Both the position numbers and the translations under genes were made by a program. This document shows positions 21,776-32,658 of a DNA stretch of 64,000 nucleotides, piece by piece. Each line of letters opens with the position of its first letter. Position 1 is the stretch's first letter. Source of the stretch: a bacterium (GTDB taxonomy: Bacteria; SAR324; NAC60-12); NCBI GenBank assembly GCA_965205865.1, contig CBDBHR010000028.1:320001-384000 (forward strand), read 5' to 3'. Under the pieces are notes generated by a model that was given only the letters and a program-made list of their open reading frames with translations, searched no databases and had not been told where the DNA came from.

Positions 21776-22114
21776 ATGCCTTTGAAGAATTTAACAAATA
21801 GCGCCGTCATTTTGCTGTTTGTCATGCTGGCCTGCTTTGCTTGCTCAGGGGAGACGGTGAGCGATGCGTGCCGCGTTGATAGGTTTTCCTGGTATGTTGT
21901 CCAAGAATATTTTTTCCAAGACGCCATACGGGTGGCCGGTTCCACAACATGCAAAGAAGGTTACGTCACCTTTCGATTTTTCGATGCGGGAAATGGGAAT
22001 TATTTGGGACGCTTGATCGTTGAAATTGACAATTATACTTTTGACGGTACCGATCGTGACATCATTTATATTCCTGAAGATTTGTCTATTGAGTACGGAA
22101 TTGAGGAGACGTGA
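21776..22114 (+). CDS. Hypothetical exported/lipoprotein
   Basis: Hydrophobic leader ending LACFAC. Confidence 0.55.
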   Translation: MPLKNLTNSAVILLFVMLACFACSGETVSDACRVDRFSWYVVQEYFFQDAIRVAGSTTCKEGYVTFRFFDAGNGNYLGRLIVEIDNYTFDGTDRDIIYIPEDLSIEYGIEET

Positions 22115-22194
22115 GAATGGGAATTGGAGGTTCAATTTCAAATGGAGACACTACCAGCCATTACATCCAGTGGTTATTGACCTTTGAGCACCTG

Positions 22195-25100
22195 TCACTG
22201 CGGTAATTCTTTGATCAGCTTGACGGTTTCCAGACTGACGGTGATTACCTTGCCAATCAGTTTGACGATATACTGCGGGTCGTCCGGGCGGTTTGGGTCG
22301 TTGGTGATGCCGCTTCGTTTGTCGGTCTTGACGCGGTACTGATCGATCACCCATGCCAAGGCTGAGCGATTGCCCAGCCGGTAGTCAAACGCATCGGGTG
22401 GGATGCCAGCCAGGGTGAGGAAATCATTGTAGCGGATGCAAGTCTTGTCTTTGGAGAGTCTCATCTTTTCGACGCGCCAATCGAGGGACATACCGGGAGT
22501 CTCGATGAAGTCGAGGTGGTATTCAGGTTGGTCTTCGTAGGAAACATGGATGTCCCCCAAGCGCCTTCCTGTTTTGACGAAGCTCCAAAAATCCAGGAGG
22601 AGGGGGACACGAGGCAATTCCCGTTTGAGATTCGCCTTATACTTTTCACAATAGTCGGTTTGGTGTAATACCGCGTAAACGTAGTGAAAAATATCCCACT
22701 TGCTGATGGTCTCGTCCTGATACTGTGAACGGAATGCCTGCAAAGCCCAACCGGTGATGTTCTCCCGCCGGTTCGTCCCACCTTCTGTGTAAGTGTAGAA
22801 GGGGAAGCATTGGGAATCTCCAGTAAGGTGAAAATCCGATAGCAGATTTGTCATCAAGCAATGAAATGGCTTTTTATTTCCCACAGCAGTGACGCAAATA
22901 ACCCGATTTTCGATTTCCGTCTCCGGTGTGGGAAAAATGACCGGGAAGCTACCTCTTATATCGATCATAAGATGATCAAAGAAGAGGTTTGATTTGGTAA
23001 AGGGACGATAGATAGAATTTCGCACCTTATGTTCCGTGTATTCGGCACTTTTGTTTCGCTTCAATTTCAATTTTAAGTCACGACTCCAACTAATTTTCGT
23101 GTCATCGTAAACCGCAAAATCATCAACGTTGGTATTGAGATATTCGGATCGTTCCCATTTGAACACTTGTTCATTGTAGCACTCGATCGTCCGCTGCATG
23201 TTTTCGGCGAGCATGTTCCGGTTGAAATTGTATGCCCAAGCATCACGATTGGTTTTGACCCCATTACTATAGTGTTTGAAGATCACCTCCATCGTTTTAT
23301 CTTTTCCCCGTCTTGAGTCTTTGCTTCCCATAGGGATAAAGTTCTCGAATTCGGTGCGCAGTCCCTCCGTGAGCCATGTATGATTTTTATCCGGTCTCAG
23401 TTCCTGCCACTGCATTCCATCAACTGTACGGGCATTTTCGATCAGGTTGAATTTATCTCGTCTTGTGGCTCTCCAATACACGTCGCTATAATAAATTTTA
23501 TGGTCTTGATTTTGGGGGTTTTTCACAAAGAAGGTCACAGCAATCCCAACCATCGCCGCAAGACCGAAAACGGTATGCTTTTCTCCAATGGGGATCCCCT
23601 CTCTCATCGAGTCCTTACGTACGTTGCCTTTCAAATCCAGAACATAGACACGGTTAAAATCCTGATAAAGATGTTTCCGCATGCCATCAAAGGCGATACC
23701 TTCAAGGAAACTGTTGTTGGTGACGAAAGCGACAATTCCCTGATCTCCAATGCGGTCGCATGCCCAGCGTATGGCTTTCACGTATGGATCAGACAATTGG
23801 GCTTTCAAGGTCGCTCGTGAATCTCTGGCAAAGGTTCCCGAAACCCGTTGATCCAACGTCTCGTATTTTCGATTCTTATTATTGTCGTTCTCGTTTACCT
23901 GACCGACGTTGTAGGGAGGATTGCCGATAATCACAAACATCGGCGTCTCCTTTTGTTTTTCTACGCGCTTAGTGTTTTCAGGGGCAAAAAAATCAGTTTG
24001 TTCGTTGTTTTTCACTTTCGCCAGGTCGAAAGTATCCACGAGGCAGATGCCTTCGAAGGGCTGGTAAGAGCCCGTTGCCTGGTAAAACTCGTGTTCGATG
24101 TTCATCGAAGCAACGTAATAAGGCAGCAGCATCACCTCATTGCAGTGAAGCTCGCAAGCATACTTGTCCGGCAGCGCTGTCCTGCGGATCTCCCGCATGA
24201 TGCGGACGATGAAATTGCCGGTGCCCACGAAGGGGTCGATGATGTGTACTCCCTCGTCTGAAAGTGACGTATCAAATTCGCTCTGCAGGATCTGCTCCAC
24301 GCTTTTGACCATGAAATCCACAATGGGTTGCGGCGTGTAGACGATGCCGTGCGTATCGGCGACCTTGACTGAAAATCCCTGGAAAAACTGCTCGTAGACC
24401 GTGTTGAGGAAATGCTGTTTCTGTGAAAAATTGTTGATGGTTGCCGCCGTTCTTTCGATTGCGAGATAGAAGTGATCAAGACTACTTAGAAACTCATGAC
24501 GATTGAAGGATTGCGAGGTAAGAGCTTGGATCACTATTTCTATTTCCCTGGCAATGACGTTACGGTTAGTGAAATCAGGATTGTTGAAGACCCTGCGGAA
24601 GATCCGTTCTGTCAAAAGGTGTTGTATCAGCATCTCCTCAACTGCCGACTCAGAGAGGTTGGGATTGATCGAGGCGTGACATTTCTCCAGAAAGACTGCA
24701 AAGGCATTCTTAAAATGGTTGTTGTTTTTTCGTTCCCTTTGGATTAACTGAGCCACTTCACGTCCGATTTCGGGAACTTTGTCTTTGAACTGCGCAACCG
24801 CATCCTGCCATTCGGCGTATTCTTGCGGACGGTAGGAAAAAAAGGTCTGCAGCGTCTCGATCAATTGTTTCGGGTCGTTCAAGTCTTTATCGAGCACCCG
24901 CTGCTCATTTTGCCAGAGAATAGCTCGTTTTGGGGTTTGGAAGAGGATGTTCGTCTGTGGATACCCTGCCTCGAATTTGCGAAGCGCTTCTTTAGGTAAA
25001 TCGTCGTGGATGTCCTTGGCCTCCCAGTAGCCCTGCGGCAATTTGAATTTGTCGATCAAGGCGCCATCGACGACAATCCGTTTGTTCCGACCGAGGTTGA

Positions 25101-25275
25101 TGGAATCTTCAGGAATAAGCTTCCAGCCGCGCTGTTTTCCACACCCTTCGAGCAACGATTGAAATGCCGACCTCACTGCGCTTTCATGGGTAACGCCAAA
25201 ATGATCAAATTGCGCCAGGGAATGATAGTAATCTTTGATGACCTTGTGGCTGGGTTTGAGATTGAGTGCAAGCAT
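22195..25275 (-). CDS. Single-chain restriction-modification enzyme (REase + N6-adenine MTase + type ISP-like C-terminal specificity domain)
   Basis: VDG..WEAK nuclease motif, HGIVYTP, DPFVGTGNF (motif I), GNPPY (motif IV), YRPF; no helicase motifs. Confidence 0.85.
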   Translation of the reverse strand: MLALNLKPSHKVIKDYYHSLAQFDHFGVTHESAVRSAFQSLLEGCGKQRGWKLIPEDSINLGRNKRIVVDGALIDKFKLPQGYWEAKDIHDDLPKEALRKFEAGYPQTNILFQTPKRAILWQNEQRVLDKDLNDPKQLIETLQTFFSYRPQEYAEWQDAVAQFKDKVPEIGREVAQLIQRERKNNNHFKNAFAVFLEKCHASINPNLSESAVEEMLIQHLLTERIFRRVFNNPDFTNRNVIAREIEIVIQALTSQSFNRHEFLSSLDHFYLAIERTAATINNFSQKQHFLNTVYEQFFQGFSVKVADTHGIVYTPQPIVDFMVKSVEQILQSEFDTSLSDEGVHIIDPFVGTGNFIVRIMREIRRTALPDKYACELHCNEVMLLPYYVASMNIEHEFYQATGSYQPFEGICLVDTFDLAKVKNNEQTDFFAPENTKRVEKQKETPMFVIIGNPPYNVGQVNENDNNKNRKYETLDQRVSGTFARDSRATLKAQLSDPYVKAIRWACDRIGDQGIVAFVTNNSFLEGIAFDGMRKHLYQDFNRVYVLDLKGNVRKDSMREGIPIGEKHTVFGLAAMVGIAVTFFVKNPQNQDHKIYYSDVYWRATRRDKFNLIENARTVDGMQWQELRPDKNHTWLTEGLRTEFENFIPMGSKDSRRGKDKTMEVIFKHYSNGVKTNRDAWAYNFNRNMLAENMQRTIECYNEQVFKWERSEYLNTNVDDFAVYDDTKISWSRDLKLKLKRNKSAEYTEHKVRNSIYRPFTKSNLFFDHLMIDIRGSFPVIFPTPETEIENRVICVTAVGNKKPFHCLMTNLLSDFHLTGDSQCFPFYTYTEGGTNRRENITGWALQAFRSQYQDETISKWDIFHYVYAVLHQTDYCEKYKANLKRELPRVPLLLDFWSFVKTGRRLGDIHVSYEDQPEYHLDFIETPGMSLDWRVEKMRLSKDKTCIRYNDFLTLAGIPPDAFDYRLGNRSALAWVIDQYRVKTDKRSGITNDPNRPDDPQYIVKLIGKVITVSLETVKLIKELPQ

Positions 25276-25484
25276 GAAACGATTATGCTGAAACGGGAAA
25301 AGCAATGAATAAATTTTACCATAGCGTTTGTAATCCCTCATTTCAATAAATTTGGCTCAAATGACCCGACGGGAGGAATCAAGATCTCACAGTCCTCTCT
25401 CTGGTTTTTCAAAGCCAGAACGAAATTCCTCTAAAAGACGCGCCGTCATGGAATATCTGCTTGCATCCTGCTGAAGTTAATCTC

Positions 25485-25513
25485 TTGACACTCTCCAGTC
25501 CCTAACATAGGTT
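25485..25513 (+). promoter_or_regulatory. Sigma70-like promoter of the thermonuclease leader
   Basis: TTGACA-17-TAGGTT; a homologous TTGACA-16-TAGGTT lies on the minus strand at ~5277-5304. Confidence 0.55.
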
Positions 25514-25707
25514 TAAAAACGCAATAAAACTTACGTCAATTTGTCGGGTTACCCGATGAATAGAAAAGTCCAATTTCGAACCGAAGTTTGGCCACTTTGG
25601 TTCGGGCAAATAATCGGGACATTTTCACGTCCTTGATGTGAGTTTTGTTGCAACAACCCGACGCCTTAAAAAGGCGTCATGCAACACACATCAAAGAGGA
25701 GAATGTC

Positions 25708-26121
25708 ATGAAAAAGATTATTTGCGTTTTACTGTTTTTGTTCCCATTTTTACTTCTTGCAACCGAATTCAAAGACGTGATATGGCATCGTTGCTATGAT
25801 GGCGATACCTGCACCTACACTATTGCAAATGTTCCAGATATTTTTGGATACAAAATCCCTGTCCGAGTCAGAGGGATTGATACTCCTGAAATACGAGGAA
25901 AGTGTGATATTGAAAAATCACGTGCAAAACAAGTCAGAGACTTCGTCAGGGATTTACATTCACAAGCAACAACAATCGAATTGAAAAACTGCGAACGTGG
26001 TAAATATTTTCGCTTGGTTTGCAATGTGATTCTTGATGGAGAAAATTTATCTGAAATTCTAATCGAACGAGCTTATGCCAGAAAGTATGATGGTGGCAAA
26101 CGAGAATCCTGGTGTAACTGA
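25708..26121 (+). CDS. Secreted thermonuclease (SNase family)
   Basis: GAGGAG RBS; YDGDT and RVRGIDTPE motifs; paralog of 3737-4153. Confidence 0.9.
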   Translation: MKKIICVLLFLFPFLLLATEFKDVIWHRCYDGDTCTYTIANVPDIFGYKIPVRVRGIDTPEIRGKCDIEKSRAKQVRDFVRDLHSQATTIELKNCERGKYFRLVCNVILDGENLSEILIERAYARKYDGGKRESWCN

Positions 26122-27476
26122 ATAATCACTTAGCATGTGCTGATGTAAAAATGGAAATCGCATATCCATCCTCCCATTGGCACATGGCTACTTTGGGTAT
26201 GAAAATTGATGATCGTGCAGATCAAACTGACCATAATGTTTGCCACAATTAGCAGAACATCGAAAAGAAATGAACCAAAAATTATCTGACTTTCGTAAAG
26301 AAATTATTACAGGTTCAACATCATAAATTTGTAGTAACTATGGTACTAAAACTTAGTTGTAAAATGTCACCAAACAGTTTAACTGAACCAATTCAGATTG
26401 CTGTGCTTATTTCAAAAAATGGTGGACTTTGCGCTTTTAGACTTAGTGAAAATGAACTTTCAGAATATATAAAAAATTTCGCTGATTCTATTAAATATTT
26501 AAAGGAATACTTCCACAATTTACAATCCAGTAATTAAATTCTCATACTTGAATCATTTCCAATCATTCTTCTGGTAATCTCTGCCTTCTGATCAATCGTA
26601 TCTTTTTCACGCATATTTTTAAGATCTGCAAATATCGTCACCGCGCTCGTCGCTAAATGCACCCTCACCGATTTCATCGTGTTCTTCCTCATCGTCGTAT
26701 GAAAAAGGTAAGCAAACCCCGAGAAAGAAGCAAAGCGAAAGATCGAGTGGAGGCGTATAAAGAATTAGTGCAGGGCGATTTTGAGTTTTAGCAGGGAAAT
26801 CACCCGGTTAACATTGATTCAACAGTTGATACCTTCAGGACTGATGGCAGTCGAGCAGATACTGCAAGAAGAAGTGACTCACTTAGCCAGGGAACCCCAC
26901 AACCGCGGGAGGACACGACAACGCGGGGTGGCAACTGCTTTATAGGAGATTGAAGGTAATCCCAGGAGAGTGAAGGAATATAAACATCTCGTTCAACTCA
27001 TCTCCGAACCCTTCCCGGTTACCTAAATTATCATGTAATGAGCACGCTTCAATCCTATAAAAGCCCCTCGAACAAAATATATACCAATATGCAAACCCGA
27101 CCTTCAACCTTCGGAGCGAAGTTTGCGATTTTCTAAAGAGTTGAAATAATTTTCTTTTTTTTTTCGTCCATGCAATAAATAGAGACGGAACTGGATGCGG
27201 CAAGGGTCAATGAAAACCTTGGCTTTGAAATGAGGAAGCAGTCACGATAAGCAAAATTTGAGCCATCATAGAAAAATAGTTGATCTTTTCAGAAATTTGT
27301 GTATTATAAGTTATCAATTCTTATGATCGAGATAAGAATGCCGGTAAAAAACCGGGGAACCCGTTGCAATACTGCGAAATTCATTGCAGGAGTGGAGTGG
27401 GACGAAAGACAGACGAATGGATGAAAAGTTTGAAGTTTCCCTGGTAGTATATGAATTTTTTTAAGGAAGAAAAAAC

Positions 27477-27899
27477 ATGGCACGAAATTCGAAATTGACC
27501 CTGTACTTGCAAAAAAATATTTGCGAAGGTTTGAAGCGAGGACACTATCTGAAGACCGCGGCTCCGTTGGCCGGCGTGTCCGCGAGGAGCGCGCAATGCT
27601 GGCTGGCGAGAGGACGTGACGAGGAAAAAAGTCAGGAGAGGGGGAAAGCGGCGAACAAAAGAGAAGCAATCTATCTGAATTTTCTGCACGCGACCGAAGA
27701 AGCCACTTCGCATGCGGTGGATAGAGCCCTACAGACATTGGAATCCGAGATTTCGCAAAGTGCCAGGGCGGCACAATGGTATTTGTCCCACCGTTTCTCC
27801 GGAAGCTGGGGTGGGAACGAAGAGTTGGAGGAGCGGATTGAGGCGCTCGAAGAGGTTTTAGCGAAGATGGAAGAAGAAAACAATGGCAAAAAAACATGA
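27477..27899 (+). CDS. Phage terminase small-subunit-like HTH protein
   Basis: SKLT......I...L..G.....AA..AGVS......WL..G and AAQWYL..R....WG pattern. Confidence 0.6.
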   Translation: MARNSKLTLYLQKNICEGLKRGHYLKTAAPLAGVSARSAQCWLARGRDEEKSQERGKAANKREAIYLNFLHATEEATSHAVDRALQTLESEISQSARAAQWYLSHRFSGSWGGNEELEERIEALEEVLAKMEEENNGKKT

Positions 27900-28431
27900 A
27901 TTGTTAAAGCGCGTGAAATTGCTGGAAGAGAAGATTGCGACAAAGACGGAACCGCAATCAATAATTTTATGAAAATGAAGTGCTATCATGCCGACGTCGA
28001 GTGTGAATGTACCTGCGATAAACATGATTCGCTGAGTGAAGAAGAGGTCTTTGCGGGAGCGGAAAAGTGCATTTGTAGGCAATTTCACAAACCCCCAAAA
28101 ATACCTTGCGGATGCCTGAGTGAGGAAGACCTGAAAAGTATTAAAGAAATTTTTAATCCCGCAGTCACATTTGATTTTCATAGTGGCATGTCGCCGAAGA
28201 TGTTTCGAAAGGTACCGGGTATGTTCAAGCTTGTATGCAGTCAAGGGAAACAAAAATTTGAGATATTGAAAAGGGGTGAGCAGATAGTAAGATCGAGTGA
28301 AGAAACTGAAGAAATAATCGGCATTGCTCATGCTTCAACTCAAGACTCGAGAGAAGCGAAAAGGACAACGCATCGGACCGGTGGGGACGGGTCTCTTGAA
28401 ATAGTGATAGAATCTCCATTAGGAGTCATCC

Positions 28432-29685
28432 ATGAAAATACAAGACGCAAAAACATTCATCGTCGGCAATCCTCCGCCTTCCCGGGGAGGTCCTTATTTT
28501 GTTTTCGTCAAACTCATTACGGACAATAATATCGCAGGGTACGGCGAAGTTTACGGAGTCCCTTTCCATCCTTCAAAGGTGGCCATGCTGGTGGAGGACG
28601 TGGTGGCGCGACACGTGATCGATTGGGACCCTTTCAACATTGAACGCCTGTGGCGCATTATCTATTCGGATGGGTACACCCAGCATCCCGACCTGACAAC
28701 GTCAGGGATATTGAGCGGTATCGAGATGGCATGTTGGGACATTGTGGGAAAAGCGCTGGTACAGCCCGTCTACAACTTACTTGGGGGGAAAGCCCATGAA
28801 AAACTGAGATCGTACACTTATTTGTATGACGACGCATTGGATGAAGGGCAGTCTGAAGCGGCGGGTGTGAGTTCGAAAGAAATGATCCTCCAGCATTCGA
28901 GATTTTTCCAGGACCCGGCACGAGCATGCGCAAGGGCTTTGAAATACGTGAAGCAGGGATTCACGGCAGTCAAATTCGATCCGGTAATGCCCATGACCGT
29001 TTACGATCCAAGGCAATTGACTCTGGAGGAACTTGAAACCGCTGAAATAGTTACGCGCAGTCTGAGAGAGGCGGTTGGCAGTAAATGTGATCTGTTGTTC
29101 GGCACTCACGGACAGATGACCACTGCCAGCGCAATCCGCCTCGCCAGACGATTGGAACCCTTTGATCCGCTATGGTTTGAAGAACCGGTACCACCGGAGA
29201 ATCGAACCGAAATGGCCCGCGTTGCGCATGCCACGAGCATCCCGGTAGCCTGTGGGGAACGACTGGCAACCAAGTACGATTTTGCCGAGGTGCTGGAGAA
29301 AAAGTCAGCAGCAATCCTGCAACCGGCGCTGGGAAGAGTGGGGGGCATCCTGGAAGCGAAGAAGATCGCCGGTATGGCCGAAGCCCATTACGCGCAGTTG
29401 GCGCCGCATTTGTATTGCGGTCCTCTGGAAGCGGCCGCCAACATCCAAGTGGCAACCTGCAGCCCTAATTTTCTGATCCTGGAGAGCATCGAACGCTTCG
29501 GAGGGATGCACGCGAAGCTCTTGAAAAAACCGATTCTCTGGCAAGACGGCTATGTTATTCCGTCAACAGAGCCCGGGCTCGGGTATGAACTGGACGAAAG
29601 CGTTGCGCTCGAATACGCCTATGATATTTCAGACAATACGGTGTGGCCGCCTCTTATGGATGAGCCGCTGATCCGAGAAAGATAA
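28432..29685 (+). CDS. Mandelate racemase/muconate lactonizing family enzyme
   Basis: GFTAVKFD, WFEEP, ACGE and APH motifs. Confidence 0.92.
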   Translation: MKIQDAKTFIVGNPPPSRGGPYFVFVKLITDNNIAGYGEVYGVPFHPSKVAMLVEDVVARHVIDWDPFNIERLWRIIYSDGYTQHPDLTTSGILSGIEMACWDIVGKALVQPVYNLLGGKAHEKLRSYTYLYDDALDEGQSEAAGVSSKEMILQHSRFFQDPARACARALKYVKQGFTAVKFDPVMPMTVYDPRQLTLEELETAEIVTRSLREAVGSKCDLLFGTHGQMTTASAIRLARRLEPFDPLWFEEPVPPENRTEMARVAHATSIPVACGERLATKYDFAEVLEKKSAAILQPALGRVGGILEAKKIAGMAEAHYAQLAPHLYCGPLEAAANIQVATCSPNFLILESIERFGGMHAKLLKKPILWQDGYVIPSTEPGLGYELDESVALEYAYDISDNTVWPPLMDEPLIRER

Positions 29686-29688
29686 CTT

Positions 29689-30759
29689 TCAATCCTCCCA
29701 GGGATGGAGGACGATTTTTCCGCATTCTCCACGTGATTGCAGCTCGAAGGCATCCGGGGTACGGGACATGGGCAGACGGTGGGTGATTTGCCTGTCCAGT
29801 AACGGGCTGCAATCGCGGATCACCTGCATCAGTTTCGGGGCGTCGTATATATTGTACATCCAGGCACCACACAGAGTCAGACCCTTAAAGATAAAATTGG
29901 GTTCGACTGCCAGCTTTATGTAATCTTTGTCTTTGTTAAAATACTGGCCTCCCAACAATGCCAGTTTTCCCAGACGGCGGAGGGCGTCGAGGGCCAGTTG
30001 CAACCCCTCGGGATTGTTTGAACTGCAATCGATTGCAGCATCCACTCCTCTCCCTTTCGTGAGATCCATAATTTGCTCCAATGCGCCCTCACGGGTAGGA
30101 TCGAGCGCTGCCATTGCTCCCAAATCGGAAGCCAACCGTCTTCGATAGGGATGGGGTTCCAAGGCGATGGCATGAGCACGGCGATGCGTGGCGTTGACAA
30201 CCGCTCCGAGACCCACGGCGCCTGCTCCGATGACCAGCACCGTCTCCCCTTCGTTCAATTCGATGCGTTGCATGGCTCCGAAAGAAGGTCCCAATCCGCA
30301 ACACATCATGCCGCCATGATCGATGGAGACGTCCTCGGGAATGGGGGTCAGCATCCAATCTTCTTTGAGCATGTACTGGGCCCAGGTCCCGCTTACATCG
30401 TTTGCCTCAGAGTTCCCATCCTCATCAAAGTTGATGACTTTCCGGATGTGATCCACGTTATTTTGACAGTAAAGAACATCACCGGATCGACAATATTCGC
30501 AAGTTCCACATAAATTTGCGCTCGCTAGGATGGCCACCCGATCTCCCACCTTCACTTTAGCAGAGCGGTCGACCTCCACCACTTCACCCGCCGCCTCGTG
30601 TCCCAACGAAGCAAGTTTGAGTCCGGCTTTAAACGTTCTGTGTTCGGAGCACATGGGGGCGCTGAGCACTTTCACCACCACCCATTCATCTTTTGCCCGG
30701 GGGTCGGGTTGATTCACCAACTCGAATTGATAGGGTTCGGTAATTTTCGCGACTTTCAT
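29689..30759 (-). CDS. Zinc-binding alcohol dehydrogenase family protein
   Basis: GHE, C..C..C.......C and GAGAVG motifs. Confidence 0.92.
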   Translation of the reverse strand: MKVAKITEPYQFELVNQPDPRAKDEWVVVKVLSAPMCSEHRTFKAGLKLASLGHEAAGEVVEVDRSAKVKVGDRVAILASANLCGTCEYCRSGDVLYCQNNVDHIRKVINFDEDGNSEANDVSGTWAQYMLKEDWMLTPIPEDVSIDHGGMMCCGLGPSFGAMQRIELNEGETVLVIGAGAVGLGAVVNATHRRAHAIALEPHPYRRRLASDLGAMAALDPTREGALEQIMDLTKGRGVDAAIDCSSNNPEGLQLALDALRRLGKLALLGGQYFNKDKDYIKLAVEPNFIFKGLTLCGAWMYNIYDAPKLMQVIRDCSPLLDRQITHRLPMSRTPDAFELQSRGECGKIVLHPWED

Positions 30760-31751
30760 TATTTCTCCTTTTTTTTGTGGAGTACCTCGGGATTGACTGC
30801 AGTGGGCAGTTTTTCACCGAGGACTCCGTTCAACAGGTTTTTGACAGCCAACTCACGCATGGCCCGGCGGGTTTCATGAGTAGCGCTGCCTATATGGGGG
30901 AAACAGACCACATTTGGCAACCGCACGATGGGATCGTCCGGATCATGTGGTTCCCTTTCAAAGACGTCGAGTGCCGCTCCGGAAATCTGACCGCTTTCCA
31001 GTGCTTTGGTCAAGGCGCCTTGATCTACCAATCCTCCCCGTGCCGTATTGACCAGGAAGGCGCTGGGTTTCATCTTACTCAATTCTGCTGCTCCAATGAG
31101 GTGACGGGTCGATTCGTCCAGGTTGGTATGCAGGCTGACAAAGTCGGACTCAGCCAACAAATCGTCCAAGGATCTGTATTCACTTTCGGGAGCGCCCGTC
31201 GGTAAACTATCAAACACGTCGTACCAGATGGTGCGCATTTTCAACGCCTGCATGCGACGAGTGACCTCTTGTCCGATACGGCCAAAGCCAATTACTCCCA
31301 GGGTTTTCCCTTGAATATCGATTCCGAGGCTTGGAGGGGTTTCGTTGCGAGCCCAACTCCCACTGCGCACGAAGGGTTCGTGCTGAAACAGTTTTTGAGC
31401 CAGACCGAGAATCATCGTCATGGTTAAATTCGCCACCGCGTCATTGAGCACGCCCGGCGTGTGACCGATAACCACCCCGCGACGGGTTGCCTCGGGGACG
31501 TCGACGGGGTCATATCCTACGCTTTGGGTGGAAAAGACTTTTAATTCAGGCGCGGCGTCCAAAAATTCGGCATTGACGGTGATCCGGGGCGTGCCCAGCA
31601 CCCCTACGACATCCTGAATTGCTGCCAGCAATTCGGCGCGTGGCGCCCGGATATCGACATAATTGACTTCGCAGACTTCCTCAATTTGAGACTTGAGGTC
31701 ATCTTCGAGGGGCAACGAAACAACTACCTTTGGTTTTTCCTTCGAACTCAT
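30759..31751 (-). CDS. D-2-hydroxyacid dehydrogenase (glyoxylate reductase-like)
   Basis: GFGRIG, NTARG, LDVFERE and PHIGS motifs. Confidence 0.93.
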   Translation of the reverse strand: MSSKEKPKVVVSLPLEDDLKSQIEEVCEVNYVDIRAPRAELLAAIQDVVGVLGTPRITVNAEFLDAAPELKVFSTQSVGYDPVDVPEATRRGVVIGHTPGVLNDAVANLTMTMILGLAQKLFQHEPFVRSGSWARNETPPSLGIDIQGKTLGVIGFGRIGQEVTRRMQALKMRTIWYDVFDSLPTGAPESEYRSLDDLLAESDFVSLHTNLDESTRHLIGAAELSKMKPSAFLVNTARGGLVDQGALTKALESGQISGAALDVFEREPHDPDDPIVRLPNVVCFPHIGSATHETRRAMRELAVKNLLNGVLGEKLPTAVNPEVLHKKKEK

Positions 31752-31898
31752 TGATTCCTTTCTTCTTTCGTTAATAAATTTTTTGTGAGAATTTTCTTAT
31801 CGACTCTGACAAACATCCCAATCAACTCTGACAAAAACGACAATCCCGCTTCCCTGGCCGTTCCATTGACGAATCGTTGGGCAAACTCAATTTTATTT

Positions 31899-32297
31899 CT
31901 ATTTTATGGCGGTTTCACTATACCACTCTGCTCCTTCCTGGCCTGGTTCCGGTAATATCTTTCCATCTTCCATCGACCAGGAAGCAGGGCCTTCGGAAAT
32001 CTTTCCGTCAATGGAATCCAGGGAAAGATCGCCAATTTTAGTAAGCGCCTCCTTCAAACCATCGAGGATGGTTGCTTTCGTCTCGGGATGTCGTCCGGCG
32101 CGATTGCCACCATCGATATAACAGGGGGTCGGGTATCCGTTGTCGTCCCCCGCCGGAGTTTCTGAAAAGAGGACGTGCACGAATTTTCGAGGCGCGTTGG
32201 TAATATTGCAATGTACGTCGGTAAAGGCATGGGCGATTTGATTACGCTGTTCTTGCGAAAGCGTTCCCGTGGGAGTGTTGCAGCGATAGACAGGCAT
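31899..32297 (-). CDS. Tautomerase superfamily protein (cis-CaaD-like)
   Basis: N-terminal Pro (MPVYRC), H...T.AP..FV.V.F, RAGR and E.G..LPEPG.E motifs. Confidence 0.8.
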   Translation of the reverse strand: MPVYRCNTPTGTLSQEQRNQIAHAFTDVHCNITNAPRKFVHVLFSETPAGDDNGYPTPCYIDGGNRAGRHPETKATILDGLKEALTKIGDLSLDSIDGKISEGPASWSMEDGKILPEPGQEGAEWYSETAIK

Positions 32298-32328
32298 TTT
32301 CTTTCCATTCTGAATGAGATTTTATTCA

Positions 32329-32658
32329 TCAGCCCAGGTAATGGCGATCTCTGACTGATACAACGATTTCGTCTGGGGAACAACTGGTGATTGCGCACCA
32401 CATGTCCCCTATCTTACGTAATAGTTTGACACGAACTGCTTGCTCGCATCCGTCGATACTTCCCCTGACCAATGACGTGCCGGAAAGCTCACCGCCCCGA
32501 AAGCCGAACCCTTTGGGAATCTCGTTGAAATCGACCTCCACGTCATGGAGTGATCCACCGAGGATTGAAGTACTTATGCGAGCCAACTCTGCGGCCAACC
32601 CGGGTCGAACTTCCTCCGGGACAAATCCTTCTTGCACGATACAATTAAAATCAATCAT
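32329..32658 (-). CDS. Tautomerase-like hypothetical protein lacking Pro-1
   Basis: GGAG RBS overlapping the upstream stop; similar beta-alpha-beta pattern to its neighbour. Confidence 0.55.
   Translation of the reverse strand: MIDFNCIVQEGFVPEEVRPGLAAELARISTSILGGSLHDVEVDFNEIPKGFGFRGGELSGTSLVRGSIDGCEQAVRVKLLRKIGDMWCAITSCSPDEIVVSVRDRHYLG

Noticed and set aside
26340-27203. Short ORFs and a possible IS256-like fragment near 26850
   Set aside because: Too short and degenerate to support a call.
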